A stretch of DNA of 50,030 bases from Nannocystales bacterium (GCA_050633305.1 JBOEGF010000016.1:134059-184088), one strand, 5' to 3'; positions 36,986 through 45,611 are shown, numbered from the stretch's first letter. Notes: generated from the sequence alone by a model not told the origin. Numbers and translations are program-made.

Positions 36986-38300
36986 TGATGACGCGACGGT
37001 TCGCTTCACGCTTCAAGAAGTGATGGAGGCCGGCGGCCACCATGTGAGCGCCTTCGAAGACGCTGCCACCGCGTTGGCCGTCGTTGGAGACGCAGATCTC
37101 GTCATCACCGACTTGGCGATGCCCGGCATGGACGGCTTGGAGCTGCTCCGTCGAGTCCGGGCGGAGAACCCTCGTTTGCCCGTCGTCATGATCACCGCGC
37201 GGGGGTCCGAGCGTGTGGCGGTGGAGGCGATGCGCGAGGGGGCATACGACTATCTGGCCAAGCCGTTCGATGTGGCGGAGTTGACCGCCGTCGTCGCGCG
37301 CGCGCTGGAGGTCGTGACGCTGCGGGAGACATCGCGCCGTCTGACCGCTGAGCGGGCGATCGGCCACCCGGTGGTCGGGAGCAGTCCTGCGTTCACCCGC
37401 GTCCTCGAGGCGATCGCTCGTGTTGCGGATCGCGATGTCCCGGTGCTGATCCGGGGTGAAACCGGGACGGGCAAAGAACTCGCAGCCTCACTGCTCCATG
37501 CCCAGAGTCGCCGTGCTCGAGGTCCCCTCGTGCGTTTCAACTGCGCGGCGATCCCCGCAGACTTGGCGGAGAGCGAGCTGTTCGGTCACCAGAAGGGCGC
37601 GTTCACGGGGGCGACAGACTCGCGCGACGGCTACTTCGCGCGCGCAGACGGGGGGACGCTGGTCCTCGATGAACTCGGGGAGCTTCCGAGCTCCATCCAG
37701 CCCAAGCTCTTGCGGGCGCTGCAGGAAGGAGAGGTTCAGCGCGTGGGCTCCAGCGACGTGCGAACGGTGGACGTGCGCGTTGTCGCGTGCACCAACGCCG
37801 ACTTGGCCGCCGCGGTCGCAGCGGGTGGGTTTCGAGCAGACCTCTACTACCGTGTTGCGGTGGTCGAGTTGACGGTCCCGCCGTTGCGTGACCGGGCCAG
37901 CGACATTCCCGAGCTGATCGAGACCTTCGTCGTTCGGTATCGGGAGCGCTTTGGTCTCAGCGATGTCGCGCTCGAACCTGCGGTGATCGAGCACCTGTGT
38001 CAGCAACCGTGGCCGGGGAATGTCAGGCAGCTCGACAACACGATCGCCCGTCTTCTCGCCCTCAGCGACGGGTCGACCGCGATCGGTCTGGACGCGCTCG
38101 GTGCTGAGCGCGAAGACCCGGGGGCTACGTTTCACGAACAAGTCGCGGGCTTCGAGCGGCAGCTGCTTGCCCGGGCGCTGGACGCCGAGGGGGGCAACCA
38201 GTCCGCGGCTGCACGCCGACTTGGGATGAGCCGCGTGACCCTGATCGACAAACTCAAACGCCACGGGTTGTTCAGGCGCCGAAAACCCGCGGGAGGTTGA
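36963..38300 (+). CDS. sigma54-dependent response regulator (NtrC family)
   Basis: Receiver domain, GETGTGKE, GAFTGA, LDELGEL, WPGNVRQL, Fis-type HTH NQSAAARRLG. Confidence 0.96.
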   Translation: MSHILVVDDDATVRFTLQEVMEAGGHHVSAFEDAATALAVVGDADLVITDLAMPGMDGLELLRRVRAENPRLPVVMITARGSERVAVEAMREGAYDYLAKPFDVAELTAVVARALEVVTLRETSRRLTAERAIGHPVVGSSPAFTRVLEAIARVADRDVPVLIRGETGTGKELAASLLHAQSRRARGPLVRFNCAAIPADLAESELFGHQKGAFTGATDSRDGYFARADGGTLVLDELGELPSSIQPKLLRALQEGEVQRVGSSDVRTVDVRVVACTNADLAAAVAAGGFRADLYYRVAVVELTVPPLRDRASDIPELIETFVVRYRERFGLSDVALEPAVIEHLCQQPWPGNVRQLDNTIARLLALSDGSTAIGLDALGAEREDPGATFHEQVAGFERQLLARALDAEGGNQSAAARRLGMSRVTLIDKLKRHGLFRRRKPAGG

Positions 38301-38334
38301 ACCGTAGATCCACGGGCGCAGACGACAGCGGCGC

Positions 38335-39228
38335 TCAGCGTGCAGAGCCAGCTCGTAGTGCCCGCAGGTCCAACCGTCCTTCTCGCACCGGTGGGCACCA
38401 CGCGTAGCTTCCAGTCTCCGGCTGCGTGAACCGAAACAGGGCGTCCTCGACACCGTCGTCAAGCCCGACCATGCGTCGCAGCTGCGCTTCGAAAGCGTCG
38501 AACGACTTTCCGAACGCGACGAACACCAGGCCAGCGCCGTCGGGGGCCGACCACGGCATCGAGCGTCGGATCAGGAATGCCTCTGGATCAAAGTCTTCCT
38601 GGGCGGTGCGCTTGACGTGGGCGGAAGGAGGCGCGTCGTCGAGCTCGACGTCGTCGGCCTTGCGCCGCCCAACCATCTGGTCCTGCTCCGCCTCCGGGTA
38701 TCCGGAGAATGCGTCGAAGTCGTGTCGCCACAGCTGCACGGCCACGTAGCTGGACCCGTCGAGCCCCTCGCCTGCGTCCGCAAGTAGGGCAGCCGCCACG
38801 GCTTCGTCCCCCTCAGGGTTCTCCGTGCCGTCGACGTACCCAGTCAGGTCCCGACCTTCGCGGTGGCGGAATCCCTCAACGACACGTTCGAGTTCGAACC
38901 CGGGGGCCATCGCCGCTTCGAGGGCGCGTCCGCGGTGCAGCAACGTCCCTGGGTCCTCTCCTCGCAGCCAGCACCAAACACCCAGCGGTGTCGCGGGCAC
39001 CTCTCGCGATGCGCCCTCGAGCGATGGAAACTCTCGGATCCCCGGCACCCGGTCCGTCGCGCCACACTCCGCGATGACGCTGGGGCCGATGGCGATGACT
39101 TCATCGTCCAGAATCAGTCCCGCCAGCGTGTCGAGGGCGGATGAACATGACGTTCCCGCACGGCGACGGAAGAACAGGTACCGCGCGGCCGTGGGGATAG
39201 CCTCGAGAATGCCCGGCTGGTGGCTCAC
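38335..39228 (-). CDS. Dye-decolorizing (DyP-type) peroxidase
   Basis: GYVDGTEN (GXXDG), proximal His in AHVKR, RRSMPW, C-terminal WCPP. Confidence 0.93.
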   Translation of the reverse strand: MSHQPGILEAIPTAARYLFFRRRAGTSCSSALDTLAGLILDDEVIAIGPSVIAECGATDRVPGIREFPSLEGASREVPATPLGVWCWLRGEDPGTLLHRGRALEAAMAPGFELERVVEGFRHREGRDLTGYVDGTENPEGDEAVAAALLADAGEGLDGSSYVAVQLWRHDFDAFSGYPEAEQDQMVGRRKADDVELDDAPPSAHVKRTAQEDFDPEAFLIRRSMPWSAPDGAGLVFVAFGKSFDAFEAQLRRMVGLDDGVEDALFRFTQPETGSYAWCPPVREGRLDLRALRAGSAR

Positions 39229-39528
39229 GGCGCGACCTTACATCAACGAGCGCGCTAGAGAGGCCCAAGCTGAGCCTCGGCTATCGCAAGCCGCGTTGTT
39301 CGGAAGCCACGCCGGTTTTTCGACGCGAGGGGCCGCGCTGATGTTCGGCGTCTCCCTCGTGCTCGAGTTGCGGCCGCTGCTGACCGCACTCCTGGCGATG
39401 GTGGGTTGTGTCGCCGTCCACCGCTCGTTCTCAACGCCCGCCGGCGCTTCGGTGCCGACGTGCTGCCCCAGACCGACGAATGTGACAACGGTGGCGGCGC
39501 GCTGCACCCTGAGGGGCTGCCAGGGTTC

Positions 39529-40668
39529 CTAAGACGCCCGGAGCTTGTTGGCCAACCCTGGCATGCGTCGCTTGATCGCGAGGTCGATCCGCTTGTTGAG
39601 CGCATCGTGGATGTGGGGCATCGCGGACTTGAGTTCACGGTCGAGGTCGTCGATGCCCTTCGAGTAGGCGAGAGACGCACCCACAAGGTTGTAGGCCATG
39701 ACGAGAGTGACGATCGGGACGTTGAGGGGCAGCGCGCAGCCGATTGCGGTTCCCGCGATCCAGCCAGCAGCCGGGTACATCGCGAGACGGTGGAACTCTT
39801 GCTTCACGTTCTTGACGATGTTGGGAGCCGAACGGATTGGCGCGACGGTCTGAATGAGCCCCTGCCAATCTTTCTCGGTCGCAACCAGGAGGAACGCGGC
39901 GTACCTGAGGATCGACTTCGGGTCCGACCCTTCGAATGCGTAGCGGAAGGGGCCCGGGTTGATGCCTGCCTTCAGTCCCTCGATGGCCAAATCGAGCGGA
40001 GGGACTTGCTCTGCGATCTCGGCGAGGGCGGACTTGGTCGCTTGGTCGACATCGAAGAGCCCGAGCTTCTTCGCGGCCCACATTCCCGCCTCCACGACCG
40101 GCGTGGGGGTGTAGGCGTAGGCCTGGTCGGCCCGGTTCAGCCGGCCCTTGTTCGCCGCGATCTGGTCCTTTGCTTTGCTCAACGCGCCTGGATCGTCCGA
40201 GTCCATCCAGTAGAGCAGACCCCCCATCACCAGCATGGTGAACCACCAGCTCCGCGTGGTGCCGCTGAAGCCCCTCCCGCTCGACGCGAAGCTCTTCACG
40301 AGCTGGAACGAGCTTTGATTAAACGGGAGAGGAACGGGGGAGGACGGGGCTGCAGCAGTGGTTGAAAGAGCGCTCTGTCCGGGGTTGTAGGGGATGACAG
40401 CGCTCGGCCCTGAGCTGTAGGGGACGACAGAGCTTGGCCCGGGACTGTGGGGCACGACGGCGCTCGGGTTCGGCTTGTAGGGGCCGACAGCGCTCGGCTT
40501 TTGGCTGTACGGCACGAGCGCCATACTTCTCCAGTTCGGCGGTACGGCGGGGACGTTCGGCGAGGAGGTTCCTGAGAGTGGGCGGCTCTGCGTGAGTCGT
40601 TGGAGAGAGGGCGCAGACTGGCCGAGTCTAGGAACGAAAGGGGCGAGGCGAATCGTTGAGCGGAGCAT
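39529..40668 (-). CDS. Hypothetical membrane protein with basic, acid-free N-terminus and 10-aa repeats
   Basis: 379-aa ORF. No D/E before residue 156. Hydrophobic segments at about 141-155 and near the C-terminus. Confidence 0.7.
   Translation of the reverse strand: MLRSTIRLAPFVPRLGQSAPSLQRLTQSRPLSGTSSPNVPAVPPNWRSMALVPYSQKPSAVGPYKPNPSAVVPHSPGPSSVVPYSSGPSAVIPYNPGQSALSTTAAAPSSPVPLPFNQSSFQLVKSFASSGRGFSGTTRSWWFTMLVMGGLLYWMDSDDPGALSKAKDQIAANKGRLNRADQAYAYTPTPVVEAGMWAAKKLGLFDVDQATKSALAEIAEQVPPLDLAIEGLKAGINPGPFRYAFEGSDPKSILRYAAFLLVATEKDWQGLIQTVAPIRSAPNIVKNVKQEFHRLAMYPAAGWIAGTAIGCALPLNVPIVTLVMAYNLVGASLAYSKGIDDLDRELKSAMPHIHDALNKRIDLAIKRRMPGLANKLRAS
40371..40520 (-). repeat. Five degenerate 30-bp tandem repeats (coding, consensus PSAVVPYxPG)
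   Basis: Plus-strand units starting at 40371, 40401, 40431, 40461, 40491, consensus CGCTCGG.....G.TGTAGGG.ACGACAG. Confidence 0.88.
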
Positions 40669-41285
40669 GTCGTTGGTCTTCGGGCGCCTGGATGAGCGTG
40701 TTGAGGTACGGACAGTTGCGTCACGCAGGGCTGCGGTCTGCGAGTCGGGACCCCTTCGGCGTCCGACGATCTGCTCGTCCGTCGGCAGGTTCTCCGACCT
40801 GTTGTCGACCGCCTCGAACGCGAAGCGGAGACCTCTATGCTGCTCTTGGCGCAGTGCTTTGTTTCGAGTTCGCTATGGTCATAGTCGGCATCCCTGCCGA
40901 GCCCCTACAGCAAACCGCCATCGTGTGATGGCTTGCTAACCGTAGCAGTGGTAGGTCGGTCGTCAACGCAGCGCCGGGCGGATGAAATCGCGATGTGGTC
41001 GGGTGTATGACTACCGCTTGAATACTCGGCGCGGCTGTCCTCGCTTGCCGGGGCGCCGGCGGGCGGGCAGGTTCAGGCCGGCTGCCCGCGGAAGCCGGTC
41101 CTGGGAGACGAAGCCGCGGAGCTCCAACCCCAGCTCGTGCCGACGAAGCGACGACGCGCCAGGGCCGGAGCGAGCGCTTGCTCGACGACGGGGGGCGGTC
41201 CGAACTGGACGGATGGGCCCGCCGTTCACTCTCCGACGAAAACGCGGGCACCCCCGCACCCTCGTCGATCGTCGATCTGCCTGCA

Positions 41286-43433
41286 TCAGAACGTGAACTG
41301 CTCGACCAGGCTCCGCAGCTGCGTTGCCATTGTCGCGAGCTCAGCCGAGGCGGTGGTGGCATTGACCGCGCCCTCGGATGTGTTCCTGGCAGCGTCGGCG
41401 ACGGTTGAGATGTTGCGAGCGATCTCCGAGCTTCCGCGGGCTGCGTCCGAGACGTTGCGTGTGATCTCGTTCGTCGTCGCGGTCTGTTCTTCGACCGCTC
41501 CTGCGATCGCTGTCTGTAGCTCGTTGATCTGGTTGACGATGCGCGAGATCTGCCCAATCGCCGCAACCGCGGACTCGGTATCCGTCTGAATCGCCTCGAT
41601 ACGCTGCCCAATGTCCTCGGTGGCGGTGGCGGTTTCCTTGGCCAACTCCTTCACCTCGGTTGCGACGACGGCGAACCCCTTGCCCGCTTCGCCTGCACGC
41701 GCAGCCTCAATGGTGGCGTTGAGGGCCAGCAGGTTGGTCTGCTGCGCAATGGAGGTGATCACTTTGACAACCTTCCCGATGTCGGCGCTGCTCGCTCCAA
41801 GCTTGGACACCACCGCATTGGTCTCGTCGGCGACTTCGACGGCAGACATTCCCACGCGGGCCGCGTCCGCCGCGTTCTTCGCGATCTCCCGAATACTGGC
41901 TGACATCTCTTCGGCCGCGGCGGCAACGGTCTGCACGTTGCGGTTGACTTGCTCCGTCGTGGTTGCAGCCACATTGGCCTCGCCCGTGGTGCGCTGAGCG
42001 TTCTCCGACATCTGCTGACTGACCACGGAGAGTTCCTCGGAGGCGCCGCCCAGGCTCGTCGTGTTGTCGGAGATCCTGGAGATGCTGTCACGCATCATCT
42101 CGAGCATGCGCTGAACTCCCGTCCCCACGCGACCAATCGGATCCTCGCCCTCGACCGTCACCACTTGGGTAAGGTCACCATCTCGCGCCAACTCCACGGT
42201 ACTCATCAGGCTCTCGACCTTGTTCTCGAGTTGCTGCGCGGCCTGCTTCTGCGCGGTGATGTCCGATGCGAACTTGACGACCTTGTAGACCTTTCCGTCG
42301 GGGTCGAAGATCGGGTTGTAGCTGGCGTTGATCCAGACTTCTCGACCATCACGGCCGAGCCGGCGGAACTCGCCAGCCTGAAAGCGCCCTGCCCGGAGCT
42401 CGGCCCAGAACTGCTGATACCCGCTGGAGTCAGCTTCGGAGGGCTCGACGAACATCCGGTGATGTTTGCCTTCGACCTCGTCGGACCTGTAGCCCACCGC
42501 TGCCAGGAAGTTCTCATTGGCCTCCATGATGGTGCCATCGGGAGTGAACGAGATGGACGCCATCGCTTTGTTGATGGCATCCATCTTCCCGCGGACATCG
42601 GCTTCGTGGAGCGCGCGCTGCTTCTCTTCGGTGATGTCCCTCCACTCGAGGGAGTTGCCGACGTAGCGGCCGCCGTCGTCGACGTTCATCGTGACGTACA
42701 GCTCGATCACCAAGTCCCCGACGTTGATCTCGGCCAAGAACGGCATCTTGCTTGCGTCCTTGAGGATCGCGCGCTGGTGCGCTGGGTTTCGGTGGAACCC
42801 ATCGATGCATTTCCCCATGATGTTGGCCGGATCGAAGTCAGGGAAGGCGACTTTGAATCCCTCTGCCGAGTTTGCGAAGAGTTTGCGAGTTGCCTCGTTG
42901 ACGAAGGTCACCCGTAGGTCTGCGTCGACGACCATGATCGCCGATGCGGAGTTCTTGACCGCGTTGTCCAAGATCTTCGAGCGGAGCGCGGCGTTCTTTT
43001 CCTCCGTGATGTCGGAGGCAACTTTGAGAATCTTGTAGACCGTTCCGGCGCCATCGTAGACCGGATTGTAGGAGGCCTGGATCCAGACGTGTGTTCCATC
43101 CTTCGCCAGCCTCCGGAACTCGCCGACCTGCGGAATCCCGCTCGCGAGCTCGGACCACATGCGTGCGTACTCGGGGCTGTCCGCCTCGGCCGCCTCGACA
43201 AACTGGCGGTGGTGCGTTCCCACGAGTTCGTCTCTCGTGTAGCCCAGCGTGCTGAGAAAGTTCGCGTTGGCGTCGAGGATATTGCCTCGGGGGTCGAACT
43301 CGATCAGCGCTTGCGACCGATCGATCGCGGCGAGCTTTTGTTCGCTCTCAGGGGGTTCTGTGCTGTTGTTCTCGTTCGCAGCTGGTGCTGGCGGCGGGGA
43401 GGAGCGCACGTGTCGGGCTGAACGGGATGCCAC
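41286..43433 (-). CDS. Soluble methyl-accepting chemoreceptor, PAS-PAS(Aer2-like heme)-PAS-HAMP-MA
   Basis: Two AI..S.A.I.F..G...AN.NFL...GY...WI.ASYNP PAS domains, central [12 protein letters not shown]...[33 protein letters not shown] hairpin, no TM. Start either GTG 43433 or TTG 43502. Confidence 0.93.
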   Translation of the reverse strand: MASRSARHVRSSPPPAPAANENNSTEPPESEQKLAAIDRSQALIEFDPRGNILDANANFLSTLGYTRDELVGTHHRQFVEAAEADSPEYARMWSELASGIPQVGEFRRLAKDGTHVWIQASYNPVYDGAGTVYKILKVASDITEEKNAALRSKILDNAVKNSASAIMVVDADLRVTFVNEATRKLFANSAEGFKVAFPDFDPANIMGKCIDGFHRNPAHQRAILKDASKMPFLAEINVGDLVIELYVTMNVDDGGRYVGNSLEWRDITEEKQRALHEADVRGKMDAINKAMASISFTPDGTIMEANENFLAAVGYRSDEVEGKHHRMFVEPSEADSSGYQQFWAELRAGRFQAGEFRRLGRDGREVWINASYNPIFDPDGKVYKVVKFASDITAQKQAAQQLENKVESLMSTVELARDGDLTQVVTVEGEDPIGRVGTGVQRMLEMMRDSISRISDNTTSLGGASEELSVVSQQMSENAQRTTGEANVAATTTEQVNRNVQTVAAAAEEMSASIREIAKNAADAARVGMSAVEVADETNAVVSKLGASSADIGKVVKVITSIAQQTNLLALNATIEAARAGEAGKGFAVVATEVKELAKETATATEDIGQRIEAIQTDTESAVAAIGQISRIVNQINELQTAIAGAVEEQTATTNEITRNVSDAARGSSEIARNISTVADAARNTSEGAVNATTASAELATMATQLRSLVEQFTF

Positions 43434-43774
43434 TGTTTTATTTCTCGGTCCGGGAAGGCTCCCGCTTGTTGTAGCCGCGGTACGTGTGGAACGGCTGCCC
43501 AAAGGACTGGGCTTCGGAGTCGGCGACCTTCGTGGATCTGTCTATGGGTCGGAGGCAGCCCGCAAGCAAGCCCTCGCCCGGCTGACAAACAGGACGATTC
43601 CCCCGGGAACTGGGACAACACGGCGCTGATCGGTCCTGATCTGGAACACCCAAGCGAAGCAGGGGTCTGCAGCGGCCTCAGTACGTCCCCGTTCCCACGG
43701 CTTCGCCGGGACAACCGAGGTTGGCCATCGTACATCCCCCAACCACGCCACGAACTCCCGTGGGGCGCCGACAC

Positions 43775-43812
43775 AAAAAAGAAGCGGGGTTGGAACTCCA
43801 ACCCCGCTTCTT
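43775..43812 (-). terminator. Intrinsic terminator of the tRNA gene
   Basis: AAGAAGCGGGGTTGG/CCAACCCCGCTTCTT stem followed by a T6 tract on the minus strand. Confidence 0.88.
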
Positions 43813-43838
43813 CACGGTCCAGCTTGCGCTGCCGCGTG

Positions 43839-43912
43839 TGCACCCGGAAGGATTCGAACCTCCGGCCCTCTGGTTCGAAGCCAGATGCTCTATCCAGCTG
43901 AGCTACGAGTGC
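43839..43912 (-). tRNA. tRNA-Arg, anticodon UCG (CCA not encoded)
   Basis: GCACTCG/CGGGTGC acceptor stem, D arm TAGCTCAGCTGGATAGAGC, anticodon arm TCTGG-CTTCGAA-CCAGA, T arm GGAGGTTCGAATCCTTCC. Confidence 0.96.
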
Positions 43913-43921
43913 TTGGCATGG

Positions 43922-43946
43922 TCCTCCGGAGAAGTTCTCCGGAGGA
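43922..43946. repeat. Perfect 25-bp palindrome in the tRNA leader
   Basis: TCCTCCGGAGAA-G-TTCTCCGGAGGA. Confidence 0.85.
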
Positions 43947-44006
43947 AGTGTCATGTATTTGCCTCTGTGTTGGTGCGCCTGCGATCCCAATCGCGGCTGC
44001 ATTTCG

Positions 44007-44035
44007 GCTCTACGATGTTGGTATCAGGTTGTCAA
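44007..44035 (-). promoter_or_regulatory. sigma70-type promoter of the tRNA gene
   Basis: TTGACA-N17-TAGAGC on the minus strand, about 95 bp upstream of the tRNA. Confidence 0.55.
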
Positions 44036-44102
44036 GACGAAGTGACGCGAGTAGACCAAGTTCAGGTTCGCGACGCCCCGCCTCTGTGCGTCGGCAACCC
44101 CT

Positions 44103-44137
44103 GACCCTTGAGCGAATCCCAACTCGGCTCAAGGGTC
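44103..44137. other. Stem-loop (possible terminator)
   Basis: GACCCTTGAGC/GCTCAAGGGTC perfect 11-bp arms followed by TCACTTTT. Confidence 0.45.
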
Positions 44138-44418
44138 TCACTTTTGGTTCACCATGCCGAAATCGGGCTCCAAACCGCGACCGAGGCGTGTTGAAGGCGG
44201 GTGTTGCCTCGACCCGAGCGGGTCGATGGTTGAGGGGGCGAACTCGGCTTGGGCGGGGAGGGGTGCTCCGGAAGACGCGGTGGGCGGCGGGCCAACGGGG
44301 CGTGTTGATCGGCTGCCGGACGACACCGGAGAAGGGAACGCGCGTCATGCGTTGCAACGGCACAGCGCAGGCGTCCACCGCCCACTCGATCAGCCGCCGG
44401 TCATCGTTGCTCCGCGGG

Positions 44419-44470
44419 GAGCTCGGCGGCGAGCTCGGCTAGCTTTTGAAAAGCTAGCTCCAAAGCTAGC
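44419..44470. repeat. AGCT/GCTAGC repeat cluster with a 21-bp palindrome
   Basis: GAGCTCGGC twice; GCTAGCTTTT-G-AAAAGCTAGC (44438-44458); further GCTAGC at 44465. Confidence 0.75.
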
Positions 44471-44477
44471 CTCCCCG

Positions 44478-44708
44478 ATGTACCAGGTGGCGCGCCGGAT
44501 CATCGGTCGAAAGCCGGTGAGTGCGACGTGGCTAGCTCAGCAGTTTGGGCGCCGCGGACTGACCGAGCATGAGCGCCGGCTCTTGGGGGGAGAGGAGATG
44601 CGGCGGCGTGCCTACGACGCTCTGGAGCGGTACCGGGATGGGCGGCCGATGGACGGTCGCTGGCCGGAGTCGACATCCCGGCGCGTCCGGTCGCAGTGCG
44701 GCCCGTAG
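44478..44708 (+). CDS. Possible small basic hypothetical protein
   Basis: 3' part of ORF 44154-44708 from ATG 44478. Overlaps the tail of the convergent regulator. Confidence 0.3.
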   Translation: MYQVARRIIGRKPVSATWLAQQFGRRGLTEHERRLLGGEEMRRRAYDALERYRDGRPMDGRWPESTSRRVRSQCGP

Positions 44709-45082
44709 ACCAACCCTTCGACGGTGTTCAGTAGAATCTTGCGGTCAAACGGCTTGACTATCCAGCCGACGACACCCATCTCGCCGGCTTCTTGTCCCGA
44801 TGGGCTGCAGTCGTCATGTGCTGTGACCATGAGAACCGGGGGGAGTGAGAGCCCGGAGTCACGGGCGGCGCTCAGGAACTCGTATCCGTTCATTCGGGGC
44901 ATGTTCACGTCGCAGAGGATGCACGCGATTTCGTCCGTGAGCTGCTCCAGGGCATCCTGACCGTTCACCGCCTCGAGAATACTAAAGCCGCCAGGTGCCA
45001 GCGCGTGTCTGACGAGCGCGCGCGCCATCGGCGAGTCGTCGATTGTCAAGACAGTCGGGGCGATGTCTTGGCTTTGCGACAC
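44612..45082 (-). CDS. Single-domain CheY-like response regulator, paralog of 32964-33428
   Basis: VLTIDDS, CDVNMPRMNG, MVTA, GWIVKPF, shared TV.GLVYG.H tail. Confidence 0.87.
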   Translation of the reverse strand: MSQSQDIAPTVLTIDDSPMARALVRHALAPGGFSILEAVNGQDALEQLTDEIACILCDVNMPRMNGYEFLSAARDSGLSLPPVLMVTAHDDCSPSGQEAGEMGVVGWIVKPFDRKILLNTVEGLVYGPHCDRTRRDVDSGQRPSIGRPSRYRSRAS

Positions 45083-45173
45083 CCCCGGAGGTTCGGCGGA
45101 TCGAAGTCGGAACTTGAGGGGGCGCCCATGATGTTGGACTTTTTGTGGTCCGGCACACCTTCCGTGGCACGAT

Positions 45174-45410
45174 GTGTCCGTGGATCAGGACGCAGAGACG
45201 CTCGATGTGTCCATGAGTCTGGACGAAATGCTCGCGGGGACACGGAGCTATCTACAAGCTGCGCTTGAGTTGCTCGGCGAGGGGGGCGCCGAGACAGTTC
45301 TCGATGCGTCGCTCGCGGGGGCGGCAATCCTCGCGCGGGATGCGAGCGAGCTACTCAAGGGGCTCTTGCGAGAGCGGACCGGGTTGGCGCGTGTCCCAAA
45401 GGGTGGCTAG
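45174..45410 (+). CDS. Small helical protein, paralog of 32361-32588
   Basis: Shared AALELLG..G.ETVLD.S..GA...A.DA..LL..L.R.RTG. Confidence 0.7.
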   Translation: MSVDQDAETLDVSMSLDEMLAGTRSYLQAALELLGEGGAETVLDASLAGAAILARDASELLKGLLRERTGLARVPKGG

Positions 45411-45611
45411 CGAGGTGCGTCGCGCGCACCGGCACGATGTCTATCTAACTGGGTTGTCACGGCCACTCGTCTTCGACCCAGGACTCCCCGGCGCTAAGAA
45501 GGACGGCACGCAACAATCGTCGGTGAACTCTGAACTGATTCGCTCCCTTCGACTGGCAGAGTGGAAGAGTTGGCGTAGACCGTCGCTGGTCGGGCTAGAG
45601 ACGCGCGGCGC

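Noticed and set aside
38335..38400. DyP C-terminus as an encapsulin cargo-loading peptide
   Set aside because: GRLDLRAL follows WCPP directly, as in ordinary DyPs. There is no linker plus GSLxIGSL motif and no encapsulin gene in the window.
39238..39528. Short ORFs between DyP and the orphan gene
   Set aside because: No RBS, motif or consistent coding signal.
40371..40520. 30-bp repeats as a CRISPR array
   Set aside because: Units are contiguous with no spacers, degenerate, in frame within a CDS, and no cas genes are present.
40880..40962. c-di-GMP-I (GEMM) riboswitch suggested by GCAAACC
   Set aside because: No GNRA loop or GACGCAAAG segment, and the orientation is wrong for the adjacent gene.
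43775..43860. Integration at the tRNA 3' end
   Set aside because: A terminator follows immediately, I found no duplicate of the tRNA 3' end by eye, and no integrase is present. The island lies on the 5' side.
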